This document shows, in pieces, positions 46,057 through 61,951 of a stretch of 64,000 nucleotides of DNA. Both the position numbers and the translations under genes were made by a program. A model generated the notes under the pieces. The model ran no database searches. It was not told the origin of the DNA and saw only the letters and a program-made list of their open reading frames with translations. The stretch lies in NCBI RefSeq assembly GCF_009914755.1, contig NC_060927.1; one strand, written 5' to 3'. Position 1 is the stretch's first letter, and every line of letters begins with the position of its first letter. This DNA comes from the human T2T-CHM13v2.0 reference genome, Homo sapiens.

Positions 46057-46889
46057 AGAAATTAATTGATGGAGAGAACTTATATTGGACCACTGCTCTT
46101 GGTCAAGTGGCTCCCAGTAGAGACTGGAGGGCTGATGGTGTTTTCTAAACATTTAACTGCATGCTCCTTTCTGCCTTACAGAGGTTGGGAGAAAGTAAAC
46201 AAGAAAGGCTGGCCAGTCAATGGACGGCCATTGCTGCAGCTCTAATGCCAACCTGGCAGGCAATTCCAGCCAGCTTCGGGCAGACATTCCCTGGGGAGGG
46301 CATTCTCATAAATGACAATCCCTTATCAGATTCTAGCCTGATCTGATAAGTCTGGTGAAAAGAAAAGCCAGGTTTTAAAGGAAGAAAGAAAAATAAAGAA
46401 GCAAAGCAACTTATTAAGCCTGGAGCTGAAGGCCATCAGGAGACACCAGCCTAGTGTCAATGAGAAGCACACAGGATTTAGAGTCACGAGGTTTGAGTTT
46501 GTGTCCCAGCCCTGCTATTTACCTAAGAGAATATCATGGTATCTCTCTAAATCTCAGTTTCTGCCCCTATGAAATGGAAAGGATAAAAAATCAGTCTCAT
46601 TTGGGTTTGCCTCTTGTATTAAGGCAGGTTGAACTGATTATAAACTCTACCTTAAAGCACAGATGATAATTGTATCATCAGTAATACACCATTTATTGAG
46701 TATAGGTTAGGTGTTAGAGTCTGTGCTAAGTGCTTGACATGTATTACCAGTTTATCCTTACCCTAGTGCCGTGAGTACTATTATTAGTGGAAATAATGTC
46801 TAAGCTATTGAGTACTATCCTGTTCTCCAGAAATGGTTATTTTAATTTGCTTAAGTGCGTACTTCTCTCAAGAAAAAAGTTTTCCTAGA

Positions 46890-47184
46890 TTATTATTATT
46901 TGAGACAAGGTCTCTCTCTCTATCACCCAGGCTGGAGTGGACCATAGCTCACTGTAGCTTCAGCCTCCTGGGCTCACGCAATCCTCCCACCACAGCCTCC
47001 CAAGTAAATGGAACTACAGGTGCACACCATCATGCCTGGCTAATCAATTTTTTTTTTTTTTTTTTGTAGAGATAAGGTCTCACTATGTTGCCTAGGCTAG
47101 TCTTGAACTCCTGGGCTCAAGTGATCCTCCCGCCTCGGCCTCCCATAGTGCTGGGATTATAGGCATAAGCCACCATGCCCAGCC
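46890..47184 (-). mobile_element. AluJ
   Basis: J diagnostics. Confidence 0.88.
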
Positions 47185-49031
47185 TCTTCTACATTATTAA
47201 GACACTAAGCTGTCATGTTTAAGTTGACAATCAACCCGCCAGTTAAACCCTGGAGAGACCCAAAAACCTAATAGCTGGGGATTCATTCAATCTGATTTTT
47301 TCTAGTGATAATCAACAGACTAACTTACAACCACCATTTTTAGCTGTCCATATGTCCAAATCTGGGGAAGGAAGGTGGTAAACTCTAACACCTTATCTGA
47401 TTGTGACCAGATCATTCCTTTGTTCTCATCTCCATAAAATGCAAGTTAATATGTGTTCATGGCTTTGCCTATGCCATCTGCTTTTACATACATTTTCCCC
47501 ATTGAGCTCTCAAACCTACCTGTGAAGCAGATAGTTTCCATAATCTGAGATTCCACGAAGTTGAGAATGACTTGTCTGAGGTCCCACAGTTTATAAGGGG
47601 CTAGGCCAAGCTCAAAAAGGTGCTCAACAAACAACATGAGAGGGAAAAATCAGGGTATATATCTACATGGAAGAAACTTCAGTGAAAAGCAAGATTCTCT
47701 TTATATTCTGACTGTGCTTTTCCAATTAGAAACTCATGTTAGGCACCAAGAAGAGACTGTCAAATGTTTATTTTCAGAAAAACATGCAGGATATTTCTGC
47801 TGTTCCTCTCCAGAAAGAAACAGCCTCGTTGCTTAAAACCAGTTGTTAGGCTGTATTTTTAGACGTCATGGTACAGTATCAATGAGTCAAAAATAAAAAA
47901 ACAAAAAAATGGGAGGGCACAGATACTGTAAACAGGAAAAGTCACAAAAATGGAACTAAGAAAAGCTGAGAGCACAGCCTGTGGGTTGGGGGTGGGGGGA
48001 TTTTCATTTTCATCTGCAGTTCAGGTTAACCAGAAATGAAAGTTCTCCAGTTGCCTTGTAGAAAATGGAAATTTTGGCTTCAGTGAGTATGCAAGCAGCA
48101 GACACCCTGTGGTTTGGAAACTTTTTGCTTTGCCAACTGTCAGTTTTCTCTTTTCCCGTGAAAAACAACCTGTAGGAAGGAGTAAAAAAGTACTGCGTCT
48201 TTCAAAGACTTAAAAGTCTCAAGTGTAACTTGTGTGAAGAGATATTGAAAATAAACTGCAGTACTTGTAATTTAAAGATATTCTAGGTATTGCCTATTCA
48301 CGGTATAATACATTTGGAAATCCTGGGCTCAATGGAAGCCACTCACAAAGCAAACAAATCACATACATCGTCCTGAGAACCTAAGAATTAGCAAAAATTA
48401 ATTAGAAAATCAGAATCAACTTTACATTAATTATGGAGTACATGCTTACTCTCAGGGTTTTCATGTTTCAATTTTTCGTCAACCCTGTTAGAATGTCTCT
48501 GATTTATGCTTTTCCAAGTCTCTTTATTTTTTGTGACTCATGTATAGGTAGAGGCTGAAATAAGTCCTCCTTAGGGAGTTTATAATTAAAACAAACGGAT
48601 TGTATTAGGTCCAGAGTCCTAGCCTATCTCTGATTTGTTGGTAGAAACATCATATTTGGGTAAGGGTTTTAGAAAAGCATCACCAAATTGTAAAAACAGA
48701 AAAGTCAAACTCATTTGGGACATATAGAAAAATTCTTAATCTTAACATCCAGGACTTGTTTCACTGTCACAGAAGAAATATTTCCTCTCAACTTACAGGC
48801 TTATATTATTTAGTCATGAAGCTTCCTTGTCACCTAATGCAGGCTGTGTTTTTAAATGGGATTCAGACTCTTTTTGAAGCCAATGTGGGATTCAAAGATT
48901 AAAACAAAACAACAAAACTGGAAGCCACAGGTCAGGAGAACATAGAAATATGAAAAAGGAGTTAAGAAAAAAAAGATTTATTGGCAAGCACCAGGGAACA
49001 TAACTGGGAGGAAAGATCTTTTGAGAGACAG

Positions 49032-50034
49032 AATGGTGGTGGAGAGCTGGCTCTTGGCCACTCACGAAAGCCCACTGTCCCATTTTCAAGCTGGTTGTTA
49101 GGTACAACTAATATGAACTTACAATGAAATAAATCGCATTAAAAGCAAAGGTAATAAAACTCTTCACTTTCCAATTGTTTTACTACATTTACTATGACCT
49201 TTGCTCTTGTGGTTATTGAATCTGCATGGAAGTAACACCATTTAATGATATGCTACTGCTCGTCTCTTCCCAGATCAGTAAGTCAGTCAAGGTGAGAGTA
49301 TTTACACCACAGAAAATGGCAAGTGTTGCAAATCAGTGTCCCTTTTTCCCCAGAGCTGGTTGTGTCAGAGGTGTTTGCACTGGAGTGACTCCATCTTGAA
49401 TAGGACCTGGGTAAAATAAGGCTGAGACCTACTGGGCTGCATTCACAGGAGGTCAGGCATTCTTAGTCACAGGATGAGATAGGAGGTCAGCAGGGCTGGT
49501 ATCACAAGATACAGGTCATAAAGACTCAGCTGATAAAACAGGACACAGCAAAGAAGCCAGCCAAAACCCACCAAAACCAAGACGGTGATGAAAAAAGACC
49601 TCTGGTAGTCCTCACTGCTCATTATACACTAATTATAATGCAATTGCATGCTTTAAGACACTCTCACCAGCACCATGACAGTTTACAAATGCCATGGCAA
49701 CATCCAGAAGTTACCCTATATTGTCTAAAAAGGGAAGGAACCCTCACTTCTGGGAACTGCCTGCCTGTTTCCTGGAAAATTCATGAATAACCCACCCCTT
49801 GTTTAGCATATGATCAAGAAATAATCATAAAAATAGCCATCTAGCAGCCCTCGGTGCTGCTCTGCCTATGGAGTGGCCATTCTTTTGTTTCTTTACTTCT
49901 CTAATAAACTTGCTTTCACTTTACTCTATGGACTCATCCTAAATTCTTTCCTGCTCGAGATCTAAGAACTCTTGGGCTCTGGATCAGGACCACTTTCCAG
50001 TAACAGCTGAGAAACATTTACCAGCATACCAGTG
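49032..50034 (+). mobile_element. MER63 (hAT-Blackjack) interrupted by a MER41 LTR
   Basis: aacttacaatgaaataaat..caaaggtaataaa; gagtatttacaccacagaaa..gcaaatcag; 3' end aaacatttaccagcataccagtg. Confidence 0.8.
49363..50005 (+). mobile_element. MER41B-type ERV1 solo LTR
   Basis: tgtcagaggtgtttg..gactccatcttgaatagg...ttccagtaaca; 4-bp TSD gttg/gctg; AATAAA at 49903; the GAS-bearing segment is present. Confidence 0.9.
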
Positions 50035-50224
50035 GAGAAAGTGATGGTCAGAACACTCAGGATGTGGAGGCCGTTGAGAGACCACGTGATAAAGATGAAC
50101 AAACAGAGGCTTCAGGTTTACAGAGAATTCTGTTTGAAGCCCAGCTTACTTAACTTTAGTAGGACTTACTATTTTAAATCTCTAAAATAGATTTACTAAT
50201 ACCTTCCAGGGTTGTTGTGCATAG

Positions 50225-50733
<509 letters not shown>

Positions 50734-50747
50734 TTGTTATAATTTAT

Positions 50748-50870
50748 TATTGGGTACTGGGCTTTATACCTGGGTGATGAAATAATCTGTACAATAAACC
50801 CCTATGACACGAGTTTACCTGTGTAACAAACCTTCACATGAACCTCCCAAACCTAAAAGTTAAAAATAAA
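50748..50870 (+). mobile_element. Short L1P 3' end
   Basis: tacctgggtgatgaaataatctgtacaa..tgacacgagtttacctgtgtaacaaacc. Confidence 0.85.
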
Positions 50871-51268
50871 TTTATTATTATACTTCAAGAAATCCACAGT
50901 GCATAGCTCACTGATGAAGGTCTCCTGACCTTGGATGGCAACTCTCATATCAGATCCTCTGTGTCATTTGCCTTTCCAGCTCTTTTGCCACTGGAATGTA
51001 AGTTCCACAAATGCAGAGATTTGTTTCATTTCCTGGTGTTTTCCTAGCCCCTAAGACAGTGCTTAGCTCATCCTGGGGCTCGACAAATATTTGTGGAATG
51101 AACAAATGAGTTGATTTTCCTTCATTTCCATCTCCTGCTCTCCTTCTGAATTTTCTACCCATTTCTACTTTGAAGGTCCCATTGGCAGCTGAGTGACTCC
51201 TTTGTCTTTTTTTTTTTTTAATATTATATATATTCAAGGTATACAACATTATATTTTGATTCTTTTGC

Positions 51269-51742
<474 letters not shown>

Positions 51743-52449
51743 TAGATGCCTCCCAGTTGTGTTGCTGCTATCTTTCTGGAATCTTTTCCCTGCTGAAGGA
51801 GGCTGCCATGACCTTAAAGCACCGGTGGAAGATGTTTCCAACTTTTTCATTCACAAGCAGATTTGAGCACATGTCATTATGCTCTGTCGGCAAGTTTCTC
51901 CCACTTCTGTTCCTGCTCTATTCTAATCTCAGTTCCGTTCTGCCTCCATCAGAAGGAACGAACGTGTCTTGTGAGAGGAAATCTCAACCAACACTTGAGG
52001 CTGTATCCAGGGAACCAAATATTTTCCCCCGTGTCCCTATCTCAAAGCTGTTTCTTAGACTTCCTCTTAAACAGTATTTCTGAAGGGTGGGGAGGGTAGA
52101 GTAGGATCACTCAAAAAAGCGTTGGTGCTTCTGGTAAGAGTGGCCTGGACAGGGGATTATGCAAACTCATTGAGGAGTCCTTAAATTCCAGAATTTGAAA
52201 TTTTGGTCACTCTTGCTTTAGGCAGAGGGATAATACTGGGTGCAGCTGGCCACTCAGCCCCTCGGCGTAGGGCGGTGGTTGGGAGCAGCCCCTGGGGAGT
52301 CAGACAGGTATGATATCTGATGCTGGCCTGCCCTCTAACTAGCTGGTGACTTTAGGCAAGTCATGTATCCTCTCTGAGTAGCTGCTGTAAAATGGAGATA
52401 ATTTTGCCTAGTGCACTGTTAGCATTCCATATTATTACTTTTTAAAGTA

Positions 52450-52680
52450 CAGTGTATTATTTAAGAAGTGTCAGGGTCAAGAGCACAGACTTGGACTTAA
52501 ATCCCAGCTCTGCTCTATACTACTGTGTGACCTTGTATAGGTTACCTCACTTCTCTTGACCCTTGGTTTTCTTGTCTGAAAATGGAGATACTAAAAGCAC
52601 ACTCACTTCCCAGGGCTGGGTGGCTCACATGAGATAAGATGTATAAAATGCTTGGCAGAGGACACACTCTATAAATGGTA
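52450..52680 (+). mobile_element. MIR
   Basis: aatcccagctctgc..ctgtgtgaccttg..gttacctcacttctct..aaaatggagata. Confidence 0.78.
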
Positions 52681-52734
52681 ATATTAATAATTATTAATAA
52701 TATTATACTTTTCACTAACAAACAACAAGTAATT

Positions 52735-53040
52735 GGCTGGGCATGGTGGCTCACGCCTATAATCCCAGCACTTTGGGAGGCCGAGGTGGGTGGATCAAGA
52801 GGTCAGGAGTTCAAGACCAGCCTGGCCAAGATGGTGAAACCCTGTCTCTACTAAAAATACAAAAATTAGCCTAGCGCAGTGGCTGGTGCCTGTAATCCCA
52901 GCCACTCGGGATGCTGAGGCAGATAATTGCTTGAACCCAGGAGAGGGAGGTTAAAGTCAGCTGAGATCACGCCACTGCATTCCAGCCTGGGCGACACAGC
53001 AAGACTCCATCTCAGAAAAAAACAAACAAACAAAAAAACA
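52735..53040 (+). mobile_element. AluSg/Sx3-like
   Basis: ggatcaagaggtcagg, aagatggtg; TSD caag(t/c)aatt. Confidence 0.88.
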
Positions 53041-53494
53041 CCAAGCAATTGATACAGACTCCTTCAGGATGAAAGCTCCCACAGGCCATGTTCAGGTGCC
53101 GGGCAGGTGGTGAGCAGGTTCCACTCTGTCCCTGGACCTTGCAGAAGAGAAGGGAGCAGGCAGGTCTGGCCACATAAAACCTAGTCTGAATGTTCCATCA
53201 TCACCTCACCTGTCTGGAGTGCCTCAAATTTTTGAAGTGCTTTCACCTCTATTTCCTCTTTTGAACTTTACAAGGAGTCTCAATGTGCCAGAAATGTCAT
53301 ACCCTCATTTTACAGATGAGGTCACTGAGGCCCAAAGAAGCAGCTACTCAGAGAGGGCACATGGCTTGCCTGAAGTCACCGGCCTCAGGTGAGGATGGCC
53401 AAGATCAGGTATCATACCTGTCTGACTCCCCAGGGACTTCTTCCTCCCTTGTGGTCACAAAGGTAAATGAGACAAGACTCCTGATGGGAGTTCC

Positions 53495-53804
53495 TTTCTT
53501 TTCTTTTTCTTTATTTATTTTGAGACAGGGTCTCACTCCATTGCCCAGGCTGGAGTGCAGTGGCGTGATCATGACTCACTGCAGCCTTGAACGCCTGAGC
53601 TCAAATGATCTTCCTACTTCAGCTTCCCGAGTAGCTAGGACTACAGGTGTGCACCACCACACCTGGCTATTTTTTTTTTTTTTTTTTTTTTTTTTGTAGA
53701 GATGGGGTCTTGCAATTTTACCCAGGCTGTTCTCAAACTCCTGGGCTCCAACAATCCTCCCGCCTTAAGCGCTGGGATTACAGGCATTATCCACTGTGCC
53801 CAGC
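53495..53804 (-). mobile_element. AluJ
   Basis: TSD ggag(t/c)tcc. Confidence 0.85.
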
Positions 53805-55277
53805 CAGGAGCTCCTTTTTTCTATCGCTTCAAACCATCTCCTCGTCCTTAACAAGAGCATTCACCAAAAAGCAGAGTTAAAAAATATCAAGCTAAAATAT
53901 AAGCCAGTTCCTGTATGCAATGCTTCATCTTGTGCCTTTTACAGTGGGAAGCCTTTCCATCACATTAAACTAGAATTGTAAGCTGAATGCAGCTCTCTCA
54001 ACTCAGGGATGCTTTTGGGAATCTGCAGTGCTCCATCGTTATGGTCTTGGCTGCCTCGATGGCTCAGCCTGCCAGTCCCTGAAGCCTTTTATTAGACTGT
54101 AGTCAATGAAAAAAATACACATTTAAAAAAAAATTGGAGAATTCTGCAACTGTCCTGGAGATAAAAATCTCTGGTTTTTTTGGCTTGTGAACTATTCCAA
54201 CTACTGTCAGAGTCCTGAAGGCTTTAGTGCACTGGAGCAAGGAAGAGTTTCATCAAAGAGAAATGATTTGCTTAAACAAGAAAAGGGAATCCCGTGGTGC
54301 AGACGGGGATGAAACGTGGAGAAAAAAGATATGAACCTGGAAAAGTCAAATGAGCCAGATCACCCCCAGATTTCCATGAATATTTTGGTTGAGAATTAGA
54401 AATCCTTGTAGAACTTTCAGTTTTGTTCCATTACAATGTCTCTGTGTGACAGCCAATTTGAATTCTGCCTTAGTTGCTACAGAAATTCATAGGTACCTCT
54501 TCTTCTGCAACACAGGAGTAAGTTATTAATTAAACTTTAATAACAGGGGACAATTGGGACTGTTTTTTCCCTATAATTGGCAATTAGTCTATTTTATCAT
54601 TTCTTTCTTCTGATTACATAATAAAATACCCAATTTCCATCAAATTGTGAACGTGGTCCATTTTGCTGGCTTCATCCATTGTCTTGTTTGCTTTCCAGTG
54701 AATGACTATTTTTTGAGCACCTACTCTGTGCCAGGCTCTTGAGGATAAAGTAGTGACTACACATTTTTGTTGGGGAGAGGGTGAGGGTGGGTGTCAGATA
54801 ACCAAAACTTATGCCATAATTGAAGTGGCCAGAAATTATTTTTCTTTTATTTACAGATCACGAGACACGTCATTTAAAGCAACCTTCCCACTTCCCCAAG
54901 ACAGCAGAGGCAAGGCTGAAAAAGGGTAAATCTCTTGCATCCATCTCTAACAGGTCTCTCTACAATAACAGAAGTGTCTAGAGTGTGCTGGCCACTGGAT
55001 ATGGCTAACACTCTTAAGATAATGGGGCTATGATCAGGTGTGTCAGCCTCAAGGAGAGGCTCCAGAAGAAGACAAAGCAGACTGGCTTCACATCCTCTTT
55101 AATTGCTGCCTCAGTGGCCTTAGACATTTAATTAAGCTTTTTGAGCCCCAGTTTCTTCATTTGTAAAATGGGGGGATGGTGTTATCCATAATCCTTAGCA
55201 TAAAATCACCACTGAGGTCCCCCTCCCTCTCTTATTCCTGGTTGTGATAGCCACGGGAGAAAATAAAATGGTGGGGA

Positions 55278-55425
55278 GGCCAGGTGCGGTGGTTCATGCC
55301 TATAAATCCCAGGACTTTGGGAGGCGGAGGTGGGCAGATTGCTTGAAGCCAGGAGTTCAAGTCCAGTCTGGACAACATGGTGAGACCTTATCTCTACAAA
55401 AAAAAAAAAAAAAAATTAAAAAAAT
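55278..55425 (+). mobile_element. Alu left arm / FLAM
   Basis: Single monomer with an A tail. Confidence 0.82.
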
Positions 55426-55679
55426 ACAATAGTGGGACTGGGATTAAATGATCTGGGGAATTTAGGGGAAACATTTTGCTTCTTTGCTGTGCCTTTTGGA
55501 TAACTCAGAGGTTGAGCACTGTCATCTATAGACCCAGTTAACTGTGACAGCATTCTTCCTACTGGGTACCTTCCACTCAATGACCCCTGGGTTTCAGTAG
55601 TTGCTAAATAGGTGATTTGAAGTCTGAGCACCTGAATCCAAATCTTAGCTCCACTGCTTTATCCACTGTGTGACTAGCA

Positions 55680-56270
55680 TCCATTCACATATTCACAAAT
55701 ATTCATCAAGCTCTTATTGTGTTCCAGACTTTATAATAGGCTCTGGGGACTCAACAGTGACACAAGCCAGAGAGTCAAGTGCTCCTCTCTCAAAGACTTG
55801 CCAGCGAAGAAGAAAGCCAGAAAACAAGCAAATCAAGCAACACACAGGGTGATTTCAGGTCGTGTTAAGTACCATGAAAATGAGAATACAGACTAATGTG
55901 ATGGGGAGAGTTGTTACTTTAGACAGAGCAGGCTGGGCCAGTGGTTCATACCTGTAATCCCAGCACTTTGGGAGGCTGATGCAGAAGGATCGCTTGAGCC
56001 CAGGAGTTTGAGGCTGCAGTGAGCTATGAGTTATGCCCTGAGCTATGAGCTATGGTCACGCCACTGCACTTCAGCTTGGGTGACAGAGTGAGACACTCTC
56101 TAAAATGCTATAAATAAAGCAGCTAGGAAACGGCTATTTGAGGAGGCAACATTTAGCCAGAAATAGCAATGATGAGGATTCAGCCTTGGCAGATCTGAGA
56201 AAAGCATATTCCAGACAGAGGCCAACAAGTGCAAAGGCCCTGAGGCAGAACATGCTTGGGTTAAGACATT
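55680..56270 (-). mobile_element. L2 fragment containing an Alu monomer (55931-56105)
   Basis: aggctctggggactcaacagtga; tttgaggaggcaacattt; ccagacagaggccaacaagtgcaaaggccctgaggc. Confidence 0.75.
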
Positions 56271-56300
56271 GTTGCATAACTTTTTTTTTTCATTATTGCA

Positions 56301-56542
56301 TTTTTTTTTTTTTTTCCGAGACAGAGTCTTGATCTGTTGCCCAGGCTGGAGTGCAGTGGCACGATCTTGGCTCACTGCAACCTCCACCTCCCGGTTCAAG
56401 CAATTCTCCTGCTTCAGCCTCCCGAGTAGCTGGGATTACAGGCACGCACCACCATGCCTGGCTAATTTTTGCATCCTTGTGATCTGCCCACCTCGGCTTC
56501 CCAAAGTGTTGGGATTATGGGCATGAGCCGCTGCAGCCGGCC
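56301..56542 (-). mobile_element. AluS with a deletion of about 50 nt in the left arm
   Basis: ctaattttttgca joined directly to tccttgtgatc. Confidence 0.85.
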
Positions 56543-56659
56543 CCATAATTGCACTCTTAAGGAGCCTCTCTAGACAATTTTTCCCCCAATACCCTCCTCC
56601 CCCATGAAATGTTAATAACACAGATATACTTTATATCTTATCTGCTGGGCAGGACTGAG

Positions 56660-56947
56660 TTTTTTTTTTTTTTTCTTTTGAGACAGAGTCTCACTCTGTC
56701 ACCCACACTGCGATCTCAGCTCACTTCAGTCTCTACCTCCTAAGTTCAGGTGATTCTCCTGCCTCAGCCTCCTGAGTAGCTGGGATTACAGATGCGTGCC
56801 ACCATGTTCGGCTAATTTTTGTATTTTTAGTAGAGACACGCTTTCACCATGTTGGCCAGGCTGGTTTTGAACTCCTGACCTCAAGTGATCTGCCCACCTC
56901 AGCATCCCAAAGTGCTAGGATTACAGGTGTGAACCACCACACCTGGC
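56660..56947 (-). mobile_element. AluSx/Sz
   Basis: TSD actgagtttt. Confidence 0.88.
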
Positions 56948-57156
56948 TAAGAACTGAGTTTTGAAGGGCTGAAAACTATTGTAATACCTAAGATTTTCTT
57001 TACCCCTCAAGAACCAATTATAACTTCCCTTGGGGGGGTGAAGTCACCCTATGGAGAATGCACAGTTTAAGAAAAAAAAGGCAACAAATGTGGTTGGAGG
57101 TTGGTCACCAAGAGGGAGAGAACAAGAGACAAGCTTAGAGTTAATGAGGGGCTCAT

Positions 57157-57296
57157 CAGTGGTTCTTGAAGTGTGGTCTTAGGACTCACAGCAGCATCAA
57201 CTGGAGCCTGTTAGGAATAGAGAGTGGCACCTGGCAATCTGTGTGTTCACAACCTTCCAGGTCACTCTCATGCCTGCTAAAGTCTGAAACTACTGG
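57157..57296 (+). mobile_element. MER5A-like hAT element, internally deleted
   Basis: cagtggttcttgaagtgtggtc..cagcagcatc..gcaatctgtgt..ctaaagtctgaaactactg. Confidence 0.75.
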
Positions 57297-57567
57297 GCTA
57301 GAATCATTCACTGCATTGTAGGCCATAGTAAGAAGTATGGAGTTTGTTTCAGATGCAGCAAAAAGCCAATGGAGGCTTTTAGGCATGGAGAAGATAATCT
57401 GGGGCTATATATAAAGGATAAGTCTACTTACTGTGAGGAGACCAAACTGGAGTGGGTGAGGCAAAAGTGGAAGAATGAGAAATAATCCAAAAGGCTTTTG
57501 CACTGGTACTTATCTGTAAAATGGGCATGCAAAGATGACCAAATTCATAAGGTTGTTGTGAGGATCA

Positions 57568-59780
<2,213 letters not shown>

Positions 59781-60224
59781 AACAAAAAAACCCCAATAAA
59801 ATCAAATTAGTGAATAGCTATAAATAACTTAGTATAGTGCTTGGCACATAGTAAGCACCCAATACCTATTAAAACTATTCTTCTCTGCCCCTTAGTTCTC
59901 CCAGAATCCTCATGGGTTAATATCCAAGCACAGATCTTTACGCACCCCCCGCCATTTGCTTTATATTCCTCTATTTATGCCAATGTGACTGACTCAGCTG
60001 GTCTGTGGGCTGGTAAAACTGTAACATGTTTGCAAGCCTGCTTCAGGTCATGGTGAAGGTCCATGGTGTTCTACTCAGTTTCCTTTCATTTCCTTTATTT
60101 TTTTTTCCTACGAGATTTAACTATTGGCCTAGAAAATGAAACTTAATGTCAAACCCGAGTTTTATAAGCAGTTCTATCATTAACTTTGGACATTTTTGCA
60201 TCCATAAAATAAGAAGTTCCACAT

Positions 60225-60460
60225 GTGGTGAGGCGACACAGTGGAGAGTCAAGCATGGACTTTGGAATCAGGCAAACCTGTGTGCGAGACCTAACTCTGA
60301 CACTAGCCGGTGGGACTTTGGGCAAGTCATTTAATCCCTTTTAGTCTGTTTCTTTATCTGAAAAATATGGATAATGACAGTATCTGCCCCACAGAACTGA
60401 GAAGGCAACAGGAGAATTCGTGGAAAGCACCCAGCACAGTGCGTGGCACTCAGCGTTAGC
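60225..60460 (+). mobile_element. MIR
   Basis: agcatggactttggaatcaggc...ctttgggcaagtcatttaa...cccagcacagtgcgtggcac. Confidence 0.78.
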
Positions 60461-61077
60461 CATGATGACTATTAATTACCAAACCTGTCACAGGAATGAT
60501 GCAGCTACATGAACCATTAAGAAAAATAAATGTATCCCAGAACTTAAAGTACAATAAAAAAAATGAAAACAAAAAAGGCAAATATAGTTCTGCAGGCCTC
60601 GAAAAAAAGGCAGAAAACATTTCGACTTGGGAGAGACATCCATGGGACAATTCAGCAAAACAGATGAAACATCCCCAGGCAGGCTGCTCTCCATATCCAC
60701 AATATTAAATTGATGTGAAATAATCCAGCCAGCTCAGGAGAACACCCCTCAGCGTCTTCATCTCACAGGCATGCAAAGTCCCCTGAGAGGGGATTCTTGA
60801 CAGGGCAGTTTAGCTTCAGAGCCAACCAATTAGGTTCTGATTGAACCTAATTCAATCAGAAAAAAACTCCCATCCCTGAGGCGGCCTACCAAGCCCTGCA
60901 CTGCCTCATTCCTGCCCACTCTTCCCCTGGTCTTGTGTTAACTTCCTCTTACTCCCTGGGCCCCAGCCACATTGCCTTCCTCTGTAAGATCTCCTTTCCA
61001 GCTCAAGGCATGAGGGGTTGGGGAAAGTGCCTGACTAACCCAACTCATCTCTAAAAACATAGATTAAAAGCCATTAT

Positions 61078-61421
61078 TTCTTTTCTTTTCTTTTTTTTTA
61101 AACTTTTAGGCTCAGGGGTACATGTACAGGTTTGTTGTAAAGGTAAACTCATGTCATGGGGGTTTGGTGTACAGATGATTTTGTCACACAGGTGCTAAGC
61201 ATAGTACAGTACCTGATGGTTATTTTTTCTGATACTCTCCCTCCTCCCACCCTCTATCCTTGCCTTGGTGTCTGTTGTTCCTCTCTTTGTGTCCATGTGT
61301 TCTCATTATTTAGCTCCCACTTACAAGTGAGAACATATGATATTTGGTTTTCTGCGTTAATTTGCTAAGGATAATGGCCACCAGCTCCATTGATGTTTTT
61401 GCGAAGGATGTGATCTTGTTC
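61078..61421 (-). mobile_element. L1P (about PA15-16) 3' end
   Basis: caggggtacatgtacaggtttgtt..ggtaaactcatgtcatgggggttt; ttagctcccacttacaagtgagaacat; TSD taaaag(c/t)cat. Confidence 0.88.
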
Positions 61422-61849
61422 TAAAAGTCATGTTTTCATAGGAGACATCGTGCAGTGGTTATGGGTGAAGATCCTGCAGTCAGAACACCCAGGGTTCAAA
61501 TCATGGCTTAGATGCTTTGCTAGTGTCACCACCATGGGCAGACGACTTCAGCTCCTTGATACCTGGTTTCCTGATCTGCATCATGGAGGTAATACTGGTG
61601 CTACACTATGAGGTTTAAATGAGCTGATGTACATAGAGTGTTTCGAATAGCTTTGGGTTCCATAGCTCTTATTATGAGTGTTATCGTCTTTTAGTTCTCT
61701 ATACTTCTTTGTTGCATCACTTTTCACTATTGTGATTAAATACTGATGTACTTTGTTATTTAATGTCTGCCTCTAGGTACTTTGTCTTGCTAACCACTCT
61801 ATGCTCAGCTTATAGCATGCACTTTGCAAAAGAGGCTACGCAATAAAAA

Positions 61850-61951
61850 AATAATTAAAATGGAGTTGTGTAATAAAAAAAGGAGTTGCAAAAAATAATA
61901 AAAAAAGGAGTTGCATATAAAATATAAAAATACAAAAAAGGAGTTGCATAT
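61850..61951. repeat. Degenerate A-rich minisatellite, four ggagttg cores
   Basis: aaaaaaggagttgca three times, plus aaaatggagttgtg. Confidence 0.8.

Noticed and set aside
61850-61951. Repeat-spacer look of aaaaaaggagttgca
   Set aside because: The spacers are low-complexity and related to each other and the context is eukaryotic. It is a minisatellite, not CRISPR.
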